IMG/VR virus record: IMGVR_UViG_3300037493_003528
Coordinates: 14,811 to 78,810 of that record
Direction: 5' to 3' (one strand)
DNA length: 64,000 bases
From: a virus
Position numbers and translations under genes: made by a program. Numbering within the stretch: position 1 is the stretch's first letter; each line of letters begins with the position of its first letter. A model generated the notes under the pieces. The model saw only the letters and a list, made by a program, of their open reading frames with translations. It did not search any database and had not been told where the DNA came from. Shown here piece after piece: positions 9,299 to 23,481 of the stretch.

Positions 9299-9472
9299 AT
9301 GGCACTAACATCTAAGGAAATAGAACAAATTGCTAAGGACGAAATGAGGGGTGTTAAACCGACAATTAAGGGTAAGGATGCCGATGAATTTAGGAAAAGG
9401 TTTGCTGTTGACATGGCATTAGCTAAGGAGAAGGGTTGGATAATAGAATTACCATTTGAGATACCTGAATAG
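9299..9472 (+). CDS. 57-aa protein downstream of zeta-like gene (candidate antitoxin), not in ORF track
   Basis: AAAGGAG RBS; MALTSKEIEQIAKDEMRG...WIIELPFEIPE*; fills the intergenic gap. Confidence 0.65.
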   Translation: MALTSKEIEQIAKDEMRGVKPTIKGKDADEFRKRFAVDMALAKEKGWIIELPFEIPE

Positions 9473-9474
9473 TT

Positions 9475-10137
9475 ATGTTAGTCATTGCTTATTACAATAA
9501 TGATGGTTATAGAAACATGGTCTGGAGACTTGCACAGTTGTGTAATTCTTGGGGCATTCCTTTTAGGTCATACTGCGATACATGGCTTAGGAAACAACCT
9601 GAATATAGGGCAAATATACCAATATTCTCTGCTAATAAAGGTGCAGGTTACTGGGCATGGAAGCCACTAATTATTTTGGATGCATTAAAGTCATCTGATG
9701 AAGTTGTGTACTTAGATTCATCAGTGGTTCCAGTAGATAAAGAAACTATTTGTGATTTTGTTAAATTTACAGATAGACTATGTTCTATAGAATATGCTGA
9801 TGTAAATAAGATATGGACTAAGCGTGCATGTTTTGTTGGTATGAATTGTGATTATGAGAAATACTGGGATGCTAAACATGTGTGGGCAGGTGTTGTATCT
9901 GCAAAAGATTCTAGCATTGTAGAGGAATGGAAATATTACTGTTTGCAATATGATATTATTTCCGATTCTCCATGCGAAAATAACTTCCTAGAGTTTAAAG
10001 ATCACAGACACGATCAGAGTATACTGGCAAATATTATTATAAAACATAAACAAAAATACCTAATTAACACAAAATTTTTGGATGTTAATAATTATAGTCA
10101 TAGACCTAAACCAAATAGATTTGAGGAGATGGTATGA
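9475..10137 (+). CDS. GT-A-fold glycosyltransferase-like protein
   Basis: GYWAWKPLII..VYLDS..DHRHDQS. Confidence 0.65.
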   Translation: MLVIAYYNNDGYRNMVWRLAQLCNSWGIPFRSYCDTWLRKQPEYRANIPIFSANKGAGYWAWKPLIILDALKSSDEVVYLDSSVVPVDKETICDFVKFTDRLCSIEYADVNKIWTKRACFVGMNCDYEKYWDAKHVWAGVVSAKDSSIVEEWKYYCLQYDIISDSPCENNFLEFKDHRHDQSILANIIIKHKQKYLINTKFLDVNNYSHRPKPNRFEEMV

Positions 10138-10748
10138 CAGAGAATTTCTTCTCTTACGTATGGGATGGTGGTTATTATGAGGGAAATCCATTGGATTATT
10201 TTAGTGTATTACACGCAACTTATTTGCGTTGTGTAAAGTCATATGTTAAATCTGATACTACAGCTTTGGAAATAGGTCCTGGTAAGGGTGCGTGGACATC
10301 ATGTATGCTAAGTGCTAAGGATGTATGGTGCATTGATGCTTTACCAGTAGAAGACACACAGTTTGCATATACAAATATTGATAACATTAAATATGTTCAT
10401 GTTCACGATTATCTTATGCAGGAACTACCTGATAACTATTTTAGTTATGCATTTTCATATGGTTGTTTGTGTCATGTACCATTTGAGGGAATAGAAGAGT
10501 ATGCCAGAAATATGTTTGCAAAACTGTTGAGTGGAGCAGATGTTTTTTGGATGGTTGCAGATGATGAAAAGCACCGTATAGTAACTGGTACTGGTATACC
10601 AGATGTTGGTCCAGGTCATTGGTATAATGCTGGCATAGAAAGAACTTGTAATATGCTAAAAGAAGTTGGATATCAAATTGTAGAGTCTGATGTGAAAACT
10701 GTTTCACGAGATCCTGTCATATATTTCAAGAAGGCAAGTTTAGTATAG
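10134..10748 (+). CDS. class I SAM-dependent methyltransferase
   Basis: ALEIGPGKGAW motif I; FSYGCLCH. Confidence 0.8.
   Translation: MTENFFSYVWDGGYYEGNPLDYFSVLHATYLRCVKSYVKSDTTALEIGPGKGAWTSCMLSAKDVWCIDALPVEDTQFAYTNIDNIKYVHVHDYLMQELPDNYFSYAFSYGCLCHVPFEGIEEYARNMFAKLLSGADVFWMVADDEKHRIVTGTGIPDVGPGHWYNAGIERTCNMLKEVGYQIVESDVKTVSRDPVIYFKKASLV
10735..10745 (+). promoter_or_regulatory. promoter-like motif CAAGTTTAGTA
   Basis: Upstream of 10778. Confidence 0.6.
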
Positions 10749-10777
10749 TTATACTATACTAAATAGGTAGGTGGATC

Positions 10778-11017
10778 ATGGACACGAAATATTTTAGTTT
10801 TGATGAATGGCTTGCTGCAGTTGATAATATAATTAGTGAAGAATTGGGTGGTTTAACATCAATGGATCTCCCAGATAAAAATTATGTTGATTGGTACTCT
10901 GATGGCATCTCTCCAGAATTAGCTGCAAATCGTGCTATTTCAGATAATTCTGATTTGGATGATGAGGATGAGGATGAGGATGAAGACGATAATGATTATG
11001 AACGTGAAAGGTTATAA
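10778..11017 (+). CDS. small highly acidic protein
   Basis: 79 aa with D/E-rich tail. Confidence 0.65.
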   Translation: MDTKYFSFDEWLAAVDNIISEELGGLTSMDLPDKNYVDWYSDGISPELAANRAISDNSDLDDEDEDEDEDDNDYERERL

Positions 11018-11664
11018 TGCCTTACATAATGTCTGAGTCGTGCCAAATTAGAAATTTGACATCTATATATGAGCTATATTTTCCTGATAAGGTCGATGGA
11101 CTATTTGTTGATGTTGGAGCACATAACGGTTATGAGTTTTCCAATACATGGGGTCTGGCACAAGCAGGGTGGTCGGGAATTTGTGTAGAGCCTGTACCAG
11201 AATTAGCTGCAGATTGTAGGAAGTTGTATCTTGATAATAGTAAAATTACTACATTGGAAATGTGTATAGGTAATTTTACAGGAGAGGTAAAATTATACTT
11301 AACAGGCAATCCTACAATTGATGAGGAAACAGTTAATATGAGTCCGTGGGATTGTGTATATGATAAAAACAATTTTATGATGTCTCCAATTTCTACTCTT
11401 GATGATGTACTCATCAAAAATGATATAACTTCCAAATTTCAAGTTTTGTCAATAGATGTAGAGGGTGCTGAATTACATGTTCTAACTGGTTTTACGTGGC
11501 AAATGTGGATGCCTAATATGATTATTATTGAGACTCACGAAAACAATCCAGACAGTAGAAAATCATATCACGTTGATGCGATAAATAAGTGGTTTGATGG
11601 AACAATATACCACAAAATACAGATTGATGGTTTAAATGCAATATACGTTTTGGATGTAAAATAA
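11017..11664 (+). CDS. FkbM-family methyltransferase
   Basis: FVDVGAHNG..SNT..GWSGICVEP..LSIDVEGAE. Confidence 0.88.
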   Translation: MPYIMSESCQIRNLTSIYELYFPDKVDGLFVDVGAHNGYEFSNTWGLAQAGWSGICVEPVPELAADCRKLYLDNSKITTLEMCIGNFTGEVKLYLTGNPTIDEETVNMSPWDCVYDKNNFMMSPISTLDDVLIKNDITSKFQVLSIDVEGAELHVLTGFTWQMWMPNMIIIETHENNPDSRKSYHVDAINKWFDGTIYHKIQIDGLNAIYVLDVK

Positions 11665-11665
11665 T

Positions 11666-11842
11666 ATGGCTTTTCAGTGCAATGCTTTTCAGAATACTGG
11701 ATTTCAGTCTTGTAAAAAGAAAAGTGGTGAAGCTACTTATCATCGTGTAGTGTTTCAGACCATAAGAAAGTTAGATGATGAAACTGCAATAGCATTATTT
11801 GTTGCAGCTCGATCGCAGAAACGTAAAATAAAGATTGTATGA
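11666..11842 (+). CDS. 58-aa hypothetical protein with AFQxxAFQxxGFQ repeat
   Basis: MAFQCNAFQNTGFQ...; fills gap, not in ORF track. Confidence 0.5.
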   Translation: MAFQCNAFQNTGFQSCKKKSGEATYHRVVFQTIRKLDDETAIALFVAARSQKRKIKIV

Positions 11843-11855
11843 GGTATATTTAATT

Positions 11856-12374
11856 ATGAAAAATCTTGGTACAATGAAAACAGTCAGTGAGCCAGTTGAT
11901 GCTAAACTGATTGGATGGTTCAAGAATCCTATAAAGCGTAAGAGTTGGAGAGCTAAGGATTTAATCCAGGATTTATTGGATGCTAGGTCAGAAGAAAGAA
12001 TGCCGATAGAAACGTCTATTACATCAGAGCCAGAGGTCGTTACAGCACCAGTAACAGCACCAGTAACAGCACCAACAGAATTTACGTTTAATATATCTGT
12101 TCCTGTTGCAGTTCATGTTCCTACAAATCCTACACCCAATGTTGTGGTAAATAATGAGGTTTTACCCACTCCTATTACTGTAGGCTCTCCACAGGTCACT
12201 GTAAATCCTCAGGCTATAACTGTGGAGCCTGCAAATGTAGTTGTAAATAATGCTGTTCCTGTGCCAGAAGTTGTTGTTAACAATGAAATAAAGTTACAAC
12301 CTTACAATGATTCTACTAACTTTTCTGTTGTGAGGGATGACAGTGGTAACATTACTGGCATAAAGGAAGAATAA
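11856..12374 (+). CDS. Pro/Val-rich putative structural protein
   Basis: GAGGT RBS before ATG 11856; VVVNN repeats; ends VVRDDSGNITG. Confidence 0.6.
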   Translation: MKNLGTMKTVSEPVDAKLIGWFKNPIKRKSWRAKDLIQDLLDARSEERMPIETSITSEPEVVTAPVTAPVTAPTEFTFNISVPVAVHVPTNPTPNVVVNNEVLPTPITVGSPQVTVNPQAITVEPANVVVNNAVPVPEVVVNNEIKLQPYNDSTNFSVVRDDSGNITGIKEE

Positions 12375-12377
12375 TTA

Positions 12378-12770
12378 ATGCCTGTAAAGCATTCATTTGT
12401 AAATCCTATTGCGGATGAGCCTGGATACACTGGCACAAAGCCATCAGATTGGAATGCTATCCATTCTGGGACAAATGTACATGGGCACACAGGGATTGAT
12501 GATGGTGGTGTTATAACAATTGGTGGAGCTACTGGAGCTACTGGAGCTACTGGAGCAACTGGTCCTACGGGTGCTGGTATTGATGGAGCTACTGGAGCAA
12601 CTGGTCCTACGGGTGCTGGTATTGATGGAGCTACTGGAGCAACTGGTCCTACGGGTGCTGGTATTGATGGAGAAACTGGTTCTACAGGAGCAAGTGGAGC
12701 CACTGGACCACAAGGTTTTACAGGTGCTACCGGACCTGTCAGTAGTAACTATTTTCCAGGTGGATGGTAA
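12378..12770 (+). CDS. collagen-like (GXT) fibre protein
   Basis: GAT/GPT triplets. Confidence 0.8.
   Translation: MPVKHSFVNPIADEPGYTGTKPSDWNAIHSGTNVHGHTGIDDGGVITIGGATGATGATGATGPTGAGIDGATGATGPTGAGIDGATGATGPTGAGIDGETGSTGASGATGPQGFTGATGPVSSNYFPGGW
12543..12668 (+). repeat. three tandem 42-bp coding repeats
   Basis: GGAGCTACTGGAGCAACTGGTCCTACGGGTGCTGGTATTGAT x3. Confidence 0.85.
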
Positions 12771-12773
12771 CAA

Positions 12774-15700
12774 ATGTCTATATTAACTGAGACCAAAAAT
12801 CTAGATCAGATAACTTTTGCCAGTGGTGCACAAGCTGATTACGATGGCAATACTACAACAGATTGGACAGATAGTGACACAGGGACTGGTGTAAGTACGA
12901 CAGGTATATTCTTTGACAGCAAATCTTGTTTCAAGTTCGACTCAGGAGCAGCTGGAGCAGGAAATGTTGCCATCAGAACAAGGGATGTAGGAACTTTTGT
13001 GGATCCGGAGTGGCTGACCATAAAGTGCTATTTCGATACACTTGGTACTCTGGCTGCAAATGATTATTTTGAAGCAAGGCTCGACGACAGTGCGTATAGA
13101 TTATGGATACGATTTGCTTCAGACGGTTTATTCGTGTATGATGGAGCATCTTGGAATGAGGTGGGAACCAATCTGGTTGTACAGGATGTATGGCAGGAAT
13201 GGACTTTCAAATGGTCTGTTATACTAGCTGGTGTTGTTGACGTATATCTTAATGGAGTTCTACAGGCTGCATCCGTTGATTGTTCCTACGCAATAGCTGG
13301 TACAGACGGTACTGCTACTTTCTCACAGCTTGGTACATCGGTGCAGGGTGTTACCTATTTGGATTACATTAAGATAGGACAGGCTCAGCGCATCAGTGGT
13401 GAAGTGTGGGAAATGAATGAGGGTGGTCAATTAACAATACGTACAGATACAAGATGGCATGCAAATTCAGTTGCATCAATGCTTGGAACTGTCGGTAATC
13501 TTACAGTCACAGAGGGAAAACTTGTTTTTGATGGAACAAAGGTTAGATGGATTCCCATAGATACAGGTTCTGGTACATCAGCCATTGGTACGACAATAAC
13601 TCAGGGTGCTGTAACAGGAATATTTTTAGGTTATTGGTCATCCCTAACGGCTGTTCCGTCTGCTACAATTGGAGATTCAGGATTTCTAAAATTGTTGGAA
13701 GTGACAGGTGGTCCATTTACGACAGGTGCTCTGACCTTCGGTGCTGGGACTGGTACAGCAAATGCCACAGGACCTGATGTTACGGGTTGGATAGAGATCG
13801 TTGCCGATTCTGCTGCTACGATTACCGTACCGAGACTTGGGGAACATGAGATCCGTGGTGATTGGTTTTATCTCGCAGACACAGATGGCACTACTGCTCA
13901 GCAGATACAGATACCTACCAATGGCGGTGGAGCCACGACATACTGTCCAGGTGTTTGGGTGGAGACAGTGGAGTCATCAGGTACTTATGAATATTGGCCA
14001 TCGTTAGCTGTAGCTGCTGATGGGTGGTCACGAACTCATCTAGGTGGTGCGCTTGGAGAAAACGACCGTAGACGTAATTTTGTGAAAGATGCAGGTAGTG
14101 GACTTATCCAATTTGGTGAGGTCTCGGATTTAGCAGCAGCTTATGCGAACGTAGCTGCTCAGGCTTCTGCATATGTTCAAGTAGCTCATACTTGTACGTA
14201 TGCTGTATCAGGAAATATTTGTACCATAACTTATCCAACAGGACATCTTCTGAAGACAGGTGCAGTGGTTGGTGTCAATTTTACAGATGGTGGTGCTTCA
14301 GCATTAGATGGGACTTTCACGATTACTGTCCTGGATGTATACAAGTATACCTTCGCACTAACAACTGGCGATACGAGTGGGAACGCTACCGTATATCCTG
14401 GACTAACGATAACCTTTACTGCTCATGCTCTTGGCATTGGCGATACGGTATACTGCGACTTTACGACTGGTGGTGGAGTTGATGGCGATTATACAATTTA
14501 TGCTTCAGGTGCTAGTGGTACTGCTGCGAATACATATATTGTGGCGTATCCAAACGCAACAGCTGTCGCAAACGGAAATGTTAGCGTATACTCCAGATAC
14601 GTCATAACCTTTAACGGTCATGGTCTTGCCATTGGTAACAGGGTATATCTTAACTTCACAACTGGTGCAGGTGTTGATGGAATTTATACAATCGTAGCTG
14701 TTCCAGACGCTAATACATTTCACATTGTAGCTAACAATGATGCATCTGCTGACTCCGGTAACGTAACGATACAGCAGATTATTGGCAATATCCCTCCGGA
14801 TAATTGTCACGTTAGGATACCCAATGTATTTTTGCGGGAAGCTGCTACTGCATCAAGAGCATCAAATTTGGTCAATGGAACTATCGGAAGTCGTCCAGAA
14901 TGGGCAACTGGCTCTGCTGGAGCTATCGATTTTGAGTTCGCATATTCAACATGGTATATGAACTTCTCTCAGTCATATTCTATGAAGCTGAACGATTGTT
15001 CAACTTACAATACAATAATCATATCCGAGTGCGCTACAGCTTTGGATCTTGATAATGTTGGCGTGTCAAATATTAGCTCGTTGGCTCTTGCTCCGTTGGC
15101 ACTGACTTCCGACTTTGCCGGAGGTACGATCCAGAATTGCAATTTCCAAAGGGGTGGAGCACCAGCTTCTAACGGTCATGCCATTGCAATGAGTTATTGC
15201 ATAGGTCAGACGATTTCTAACTGCCTAACTGGTGTCGTGCAATTTGTTAGATCCTCTGGATATGGCATTGGTCTGTCATATTGTTCTACCATTACCATCA
15301 ATAATTGCAGAGGTATAAATTGCAGCGTCAGTGTCGCAGCAAGCAATACAATCGCAGTAAACGACTGGGATCATGTAGATAGGTATGTTGGATACACTAA
15401 TCTAACAACTCCGATATACGTTGTGAATGTTGGTGCAGCTTCTGTTAATATTCTTGTTGATGGTATAACATTTGGATTTAATGGCGTCATTCCTAACGTA
15501 CATCCTTACTCAGGATTGTTCACGTCAGCTAACGGAACGAACATAACTTTCAGAAATGCAGGTACTTTTGACAATCCTTTACCATGTGGATCATGGAGAC
15601 AAAGTCTGTACGCGATGGGTGTATGCTTTGGGTCAGGCGGTAATAATTACAATCTTAGGACGCAGAGATTGTACATAGACGACAATATGCGTACATCCCC

Positions 15701-17285
15701 ATTTGCAACCATTAACTCAGACAAGAACGTAGCGCATGAATCTGTACTAGGTGGTAGGCTTGCAATGTATCCTACCGCAAATTGTCTTCTACTGGATGCA
15801 GGACTTAACTCCGTTATGAAAGGTTGCAAGACTGGCGAGAGTTCTGTTACTGGTCAAGGTTCCGTTTATGGTACGCATTTCTTTGACCTATTCTCGGGTG
15901 ACCTATCCGGGAGATATGTGCTGACATTCAACGAGCCGACAACGGAAACATCATCATACTTCACAATGGTATCAGGAACTCGGAAGTTCAATTCTGCTGG
16001 TGGTATCCTGATGGGTGTTGTTGGTGATCAGGCTGTGTGGGAAGATGCTTACTACAGAAAGGGTCATACTGGTTTTCAGAATGTAACACCTGTTATGTCA
16101 GGTGGAACTATTGGGAATTATACGCTGGAATATGATATTGATGTTAATGACGGTACTGGTTGGAACAATTCATGGACAACTTTATCCGGAGCTAACTTAT
16201 CTGCCGAGACCATAGATCCAGCACTTGGCTTCAAATTGAAGATACAGATTACAACGACAACGGGTAACATCACAGCCATTACATATCTAAGAATATATAC
16301 TACATCTACGCTTACATCGCAGGAAAATTACACGTACGATTTGGATCAGTATACTCTAACTCTTACTGGTCTACAGACCGGAACAAAAGTTGCATTTCTG
16401 AGTGCCGGTACAGAGACGTTATTGACCAATGTAGTTACATCCGCTGGGGGTGTAGCATCGTATACTTATCCGGACACCTTAGTTGGAAGTGACATTGATA
16501 TAGCAATACTGTCTGCCGGATACCTGTATCAGAAGGTACTTACATATGAGCTACTTGCTACTGACTCTTCAATTCCTATAGCACAGAACGTAGACTATGG
16601 GTATGATGCGCTTGTCTCAGCCACTGTGACATTCAATGGGACTACAAAAAGGATAGTATGCGATGCATCCACGACTAGCATTGATGTCGTAGGTGTCTAC
16701 ACTGAATGGGTAGACTGGGCACTTACGAGCAATAACCTGCGATACAATAATGCCTTCAATGAGCTTGGCGGTAATACCATTGACTCGGGTGCAGGTACGA
16801 GCGTTCCCGTCTATGGTTTCTTGGTTAATAGCTGGAGAATTGCTCCCGACGAAGCCGACCACACCCTAGCAGTTACCGGAGGCATTATCCTGGTAGATGG
16901 TGGTGGAGATCCATTTGTGGATACAACTGGTGCATACACAGTCAGGATAAACTATCAGCAACCAGTTCAGGCGATTACAGTTTCTACTGGTGGTGGCGGT
17001 GGAGCTACTCCAGCTGATATCTGGTCATACACCACTCGCAAGTTGACGAGTGGTGGAAACACGGACGTTGCATCAGCAGTTGCATCAAAGATTGTAGAAG
17101 GCACACTTACATTAGAGCAGATACTGAGAATTTTGGTTGCTGTTGCAGTTGGGAAGAGTGAGATTACAGATCTTGGTGGAGGTTCCGCTACTGTTGTGTT
17201 CAGAGATACCAATGATGCAAAAGATAGAGTTACTGCTGACATGCTAAACAGCGAAAGAGTTACTGTTACTGTTGATACTACATAG
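12774..17285 (+). CDS. large virion fibre/spike protein with internal beta repeats and probable beta-helix
   Basis: 1503 aa, G/T/S-rich; three HxLxxGxxV..FT.G..DG.YTI repeats; beta-helix-like region. Confidence 0.65.
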   Translation: MSILTETKNLDQITFASGAQADYDGNTTTDWTDSDTGTGVSTTGIFFDSKSCFKFDSGAAGAGNVAIRTRDVGTFVDPEWLTIKCYFDTLGTLAANDYFEARLDDSAYRLWIRFASDGLFVYDGASWNEVGTNLVVQDVWQEWTFKWSVILAGVVDVYLNGVLQAASVDCSYAIAGTDGTATFSQLGTSVQGVTYLDYIKIGQAQRISGEVWEMNEGGQLTIRTDTRWHANSVASMLGTVGNLTVTEGKLVFDGTKVRWIPIDTGSGTSAIGTTITQGAVTGIFLGYWSSLTAVPSATIGDSGFLKLLEVTGGPFTTGALTFGAGTGTANATGPDVTGWIEIVADSAATITVPRLGEHEIRGDWFYLADTDGTTAQQIQIPTNGGGATTYCPGVWVETVESSGTYEYWPSLAVAADGWSRTHLGGALGENDRRRNFVKDAGSGLIQFGEVSDLAAAYANVAAQASAYVQVAHTCTYAVSGNICTITYPTGHLLKTGAVVGVNFTDGGASALDGTFTITVLDVYKYTFALTTGDTSGNATVYPGLTITFTAHALGIGDTVYCDFTTGGGVDGDYTIYASGASGTAANTYIVAYPNATAVANGNVSVYSRYVITFNGHGLAIGNRVYLNFTTGAGVDGIYTIVAVPDANTFHIVANNDASADSGNVTIQQIIGNIPPDNCHVRIPNVFLREAATASRASNLVNGTIGSRPEWATGSAGAIDFEFAYSTWYMNFSQSYSMKLNDCSTYNTIIISECATALDLDNVGVSNISSLALAPLALTSDFAGGTIQNCNFQRGGAPASNGHAIAMSYCIGQTISNCLTGVVQFVRSSGYGIGLSYCSTITINNCRGINCSVSVAASNTIAVNDWDHVDRYVGYTNLTTPIYVVNVGAASVNILVDGITFGFNGVIPNVHPYSGLFTSANGTNITFRNAGTFDNPLPCGSWRQSLYAMGVCFGSGGNNYNLRTQRLYIDDNMRTSPFATINSDKNVAHESVLGGRLAMYPTANCLLLDAGLNSVMKGCKTGESSVTGQGSVYGTHFFDLFSGDLSGRYVLTFNEPTTETSSYFTMVSGTRKFNSAGGILMGVVGDQAVWEDAYYRKGHTGFQNVTPVMSGGTIGNYTLEYDIDVNDGTGWNNSWTTLSGANLSAETIDPALGFKLKIQITTTTGNITAITYLRIYTTSTLTSQENYTYDLDQYTLTLTGLQTGTKVAFLSAGTETLLTNVVTSAGGVASYTYPDTLVGSDIDIAILSAGYLYQKVLTYELLATDSSIPIAQNVDYGYDALVSATVTFNGTTKRIVCDASTTSIDVVGVYTEWVDWALTSNNLRYNNAFNELGGNTIDSGAGTSVPVYGFLVNSWRIAPDEADHTLAVTGGIILVDGGGDPFVDTTGAYTVRINYQQPVQAITVSTGGGGGATPADIWSYTTRKLTSGGNTDVASAVASKIVEGTLTLEQILRILVAVAVGKSEITDLGGGSATVVFRDTNDAKDRVTADMLNSERVTVTVDTT

Positions 17286-17294
17286 GTTATATAA

Positions 17295-18661
<1,367 letters not shown>

Positions 18662-18665
<4 letters not shown>

Positions 18666-19552
18666 AAATTATAAATAAACTTGGTGAGGAAAAAGTTACT
18701 GGAGAGTTAGGACCAACTGGTCCTATTGGTGTAACTGGTTCATCAGGACCATCTGGAGCAACTGGTCCTACTGGAGTTACTGGCTTCACTGGAGCTGGTG
18801 TAACTGGAGCTACTGGAGCAACTGGAGTATCGGGGACACCCAATGGTCCTACTGGTCCATCAGGACCAACTGGAGCTACTGGAGCAGTAGGACCATCTGG
18901 AGCAACGTTCACAATTGTTGGTGCCATGTCTTTGTTATCATACGACGAGACTAATTCAGCAGAAAATGTTTCTGCTACTGCAGAAAGTGCTGCACTAAAA
19001 ACAGTATCTCTTGCAATAAATAGTTATACATATATTATGATTGAAATTATTGTGCGTAGTAGATATGAACAGGACGTTTCTGCCAAAGTGGATTTTACAT
19101 GGAGGATAAAGTATGATGGTTCGACGATAAGAACTTTTATTCATAGAGTTATAGCACTATCTACATCAGGTATTGATTCTGGTGGTAGATATACGAGTAC
19201 TCTATCACATATTATGGAAGGTGGTCAAGGGTCTGCTAAAAATATTACTGTAACAGCTCAAAATTCTGTTAGTAATGCAAATGTTGGATCATTGATACAT
19301 TCTATAAGAGTTTATGGTATAATGGATGTTGTTACCAATGCTGGTCCTACTGGCTTAACAGGTCCTACTGGAGTTACTGGCTTAACTGGTCCTACTGGAG
19401 TTAGTGGTTTTACTGGAGCTACTGGAGTTACTGGAGCTACTGGAGCAGATGGATCTCCTGGAGGAGCTACTGGAGCTACTGGAGCTACTGGCTTAACTGG
19501 TCCTACGGGTGCTGCTGGTGCAGATACGTTACAAATGTTAGTTTTTTCTTAG
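18662..19552 (+). CDS. collagen-like protein with central globular domain (start revised to 18662)
   Basis: MKIINK start shared with 20649; GXT repeats flank globular domain. Confidence 0.75.
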
Positions 19553-19564
19553 GAGGTATATATA

Positions 19565-19917
19565 ATGGCTTTGTTTTCAAAGGTGCTACTAAGTGGGTCT
19601 ACTAATGGGAAGGGAATATTGATAACTGGAACAACGTCTGGTTCTGCAACAACTATTCATACTGCTTGTAGTGGGACTGCTAATATGGATGAAATTTGGA
19701 TATATCTTGTAAATCAAGAAGCAACTGAGGAAATTTTAACTACGGTGCAATTCGGGAGCGATGCTACAGCAGATGAAATTGCTGTGAGTGTACCAGCTGC
19801 TGCAGGTTTACAATTCGTAGTTCCAGGATTGGTACTAAATAATTCCAACATAGTAAAAGCATTTGCTGCAACTGGAAGTAAGGTAGTTGCGCACGGATTT
19901 GTTAATAGGATAACTGA

Positions 19918-19921
<4 letters not shown>
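19565..19921 (+). CDS. small fibre-associated protein, paralog of 21096
   Basis: SKVLLSGSTNGKGIL..DEIW..VVPGL..GFVNRI. Confidence 0.7.
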
Positions 19922-21454
<1,533 letters not shown>

Positions 21455-21458
<4 letters not shown>

Positions 21459-22465
21459 CAGTGAATTGTATAGCTGTAAGAGGTAGAGCATTGGGTGGAA
21501 ATACGTTTCCTAATATTGTAGATAATACAATAAATAGACCATACGGATACATTCCAGGAGGATATATTAAACATGTATATTGTAAATATACAGATGTTAT
21601 AAATTTTTCGACTGGTGTAGCAGTTAGAGCAAATGTTAGTAATTTATCTACTCGTAGGATAAATCAAGCAAATTTATCTGATCTATCAGCATATGGATAC
21701 ACATCAGGTGGATTAACTGGTTATCAAGGGGTGTGCTGTAACACCACAGATTTATTGACATATTCTACTGGCATGTTTTCTCTTAAAACTACATCCGATT
21801 TACCAACTGCCAGAAAGACGGGATGTGCTACAACAGATGGAAAATTGTACGGTTATATTTGTGGTGGAGAGGATGATAATTATACAAGAATAAAATCCAT
21901 TGTTCAAGTCACATTTTCATCGCAAATAATGGCTACAAAAACATCAATGGAACTCAGTGCAGCAAGTGCTTATCTTGGTTCTACTTGGGATTCTGGTGCG
22001 TATGGATATATTTTAGGTTGTACTATAACTGGCTGGATTAGTTGGACTAGTATGATTACGTTTTCTTCAGAAACATGTGCTGCACGTACTGCAGCAAATC
22101 TTACTACAGCTAGGTATAGTGTTGGTTGCATATCAGATGAAATTAATTTTGGTTATGCAGTGTGTGGGGTTGGTGGAAATGCAAATCATAGTAAGTTAGT
22201 AGATGTAATTGTATTTTCTTCTCAAACAACTAATGCTCTTACAAGTGCAAGTTTTTCAGTTAATAGTCATAATTTTACAGGAGTTTCTAACGGCACTACA
22301 TATGGATATATTGTTGGAGGGGTTTGTCTTGATAGTAATTCATATGCTATACCAAATAATATTACATTTAAAATGACGTTTTCTACGCAAATTATATCAA
22401 TTGATACAACATGCACATTAGAAGAATGTCATGATGAGGGTATTGGAAGTAATGGTTTAGCATGA
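21455..22465 (+). CDS. kelch-like beta-propeller repeat protein
   Basis: Repeats YGYxxGG..xTFSS..ANLxxAR. Confidence 0.6.
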
Positions 22466-23481
22466 CAAAAGATTATCAAGCTATAAAAATAAGACGTGAT
22501 ATACCATTTTGTAGATCTGTTGGTATTGTAGATAATTACATGAGTGTAGGAACGTGTGGTTATATTGGTGGTGGTAATTATTACACTGAATATAGTTATG
22601 CACCATACTATTTTGTGGAGATGATTACATTTTCAACATCCATTTTGTCGTATTGTTGTCCTGCTACATTGGTTACTGTTACATCATATATTTTTAGGAC
22701 TGCGACCATAACAGATTTTAGTACGTTTGGTTATTGGATAGGAGGTACTGGGGATGCTGCAACAACAGAAGTAATAACTTATTCTACAAGAGTTACTAAT
22801 GCTAAAAGTACTAGTAATCTTATACATGCCAGAATTGGATTAGTTGGAATAGGTGATGGTGTATTATATGGATATGTAATAGGTTGCACAGATGTTTCTG
22901 ATGCAGTAGAAAAACTTACATATTCTACTGGCACGTTTTCTGCAAAAACAGATTATAATTTGAGTGTGAAGAGAAATATGAGTGGAAGTTTATCAGATGG
23001 ATCTATGTATAATAGTCCAGTTAGAGGTTATATCGCTGGTGGAATAGATACTGATACTGTTATACAAAATGTAACAGATGAAATTATATATTCTACTGGT
23101 GTGATGTCTGCAGTTACAGCTGCAAATTTGCCTGTTGCGAAACATACTTTGGTAGGATTATCAGATGGATTTAGTTATGGATATTTTTGTGGTGGAATTT
23201 CTACAGCTTATTCGTATTCTATAGCTGAATTAGTTTTTTCTACTAGTGTAACATCAGCTGTTACAACACCTAGATTAAGTTATGCTAGAGCACGAATGTC
23301 AGCTATATCAGATGGTATTATGTGTGGATATATAGTGTGTGGAGAATATACTAATTATTATTCAGCAATGATACAGACAATTGACAAACTTACATATTCT
23401 ACACACGTAATAAGTTCTGATACTTATGAAAGGGTATATAAGTCACGAGTTGGTTCTGCTGGTATATCGGAGGCATGTTAA
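22462..23481 (+). CDS. kelch-like beta-propeller repeat protein (paralog of 21455)
   Basis: Repeats SDG..YGY..GG..LTYST. Confidence 0.6.
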   Translation: MTKDYQAIKIRRDIPFCRSVGIVDNYMSVGTCGYIGGGNYYTEYSYAPYYFVEMITFSTSILSYCCPATLVTVTSYIFRTATITDFSTFGYWIGGTGDAATTEVITYSTRVTNAKSTSNLIHARIGLVGIGDGVLYGYVIGCTDVSDAVEKLTYSTGTFSAKTDYNLSVKRNMSGSLSDGSMYNSPVRGYIAGGIDTDTVIQNVTDEIIYSTGVMSAVTAANLPVAKHTLVGLSDGFSYGYFCGGISTAYSYSIAELVFSTSVTSAVTTPRLSYARARMSAISDGIMCGYIVCGEYTNYYSAMIQTIDKLTYSTHVISSDTYERVYKSRVGSAGISEAC

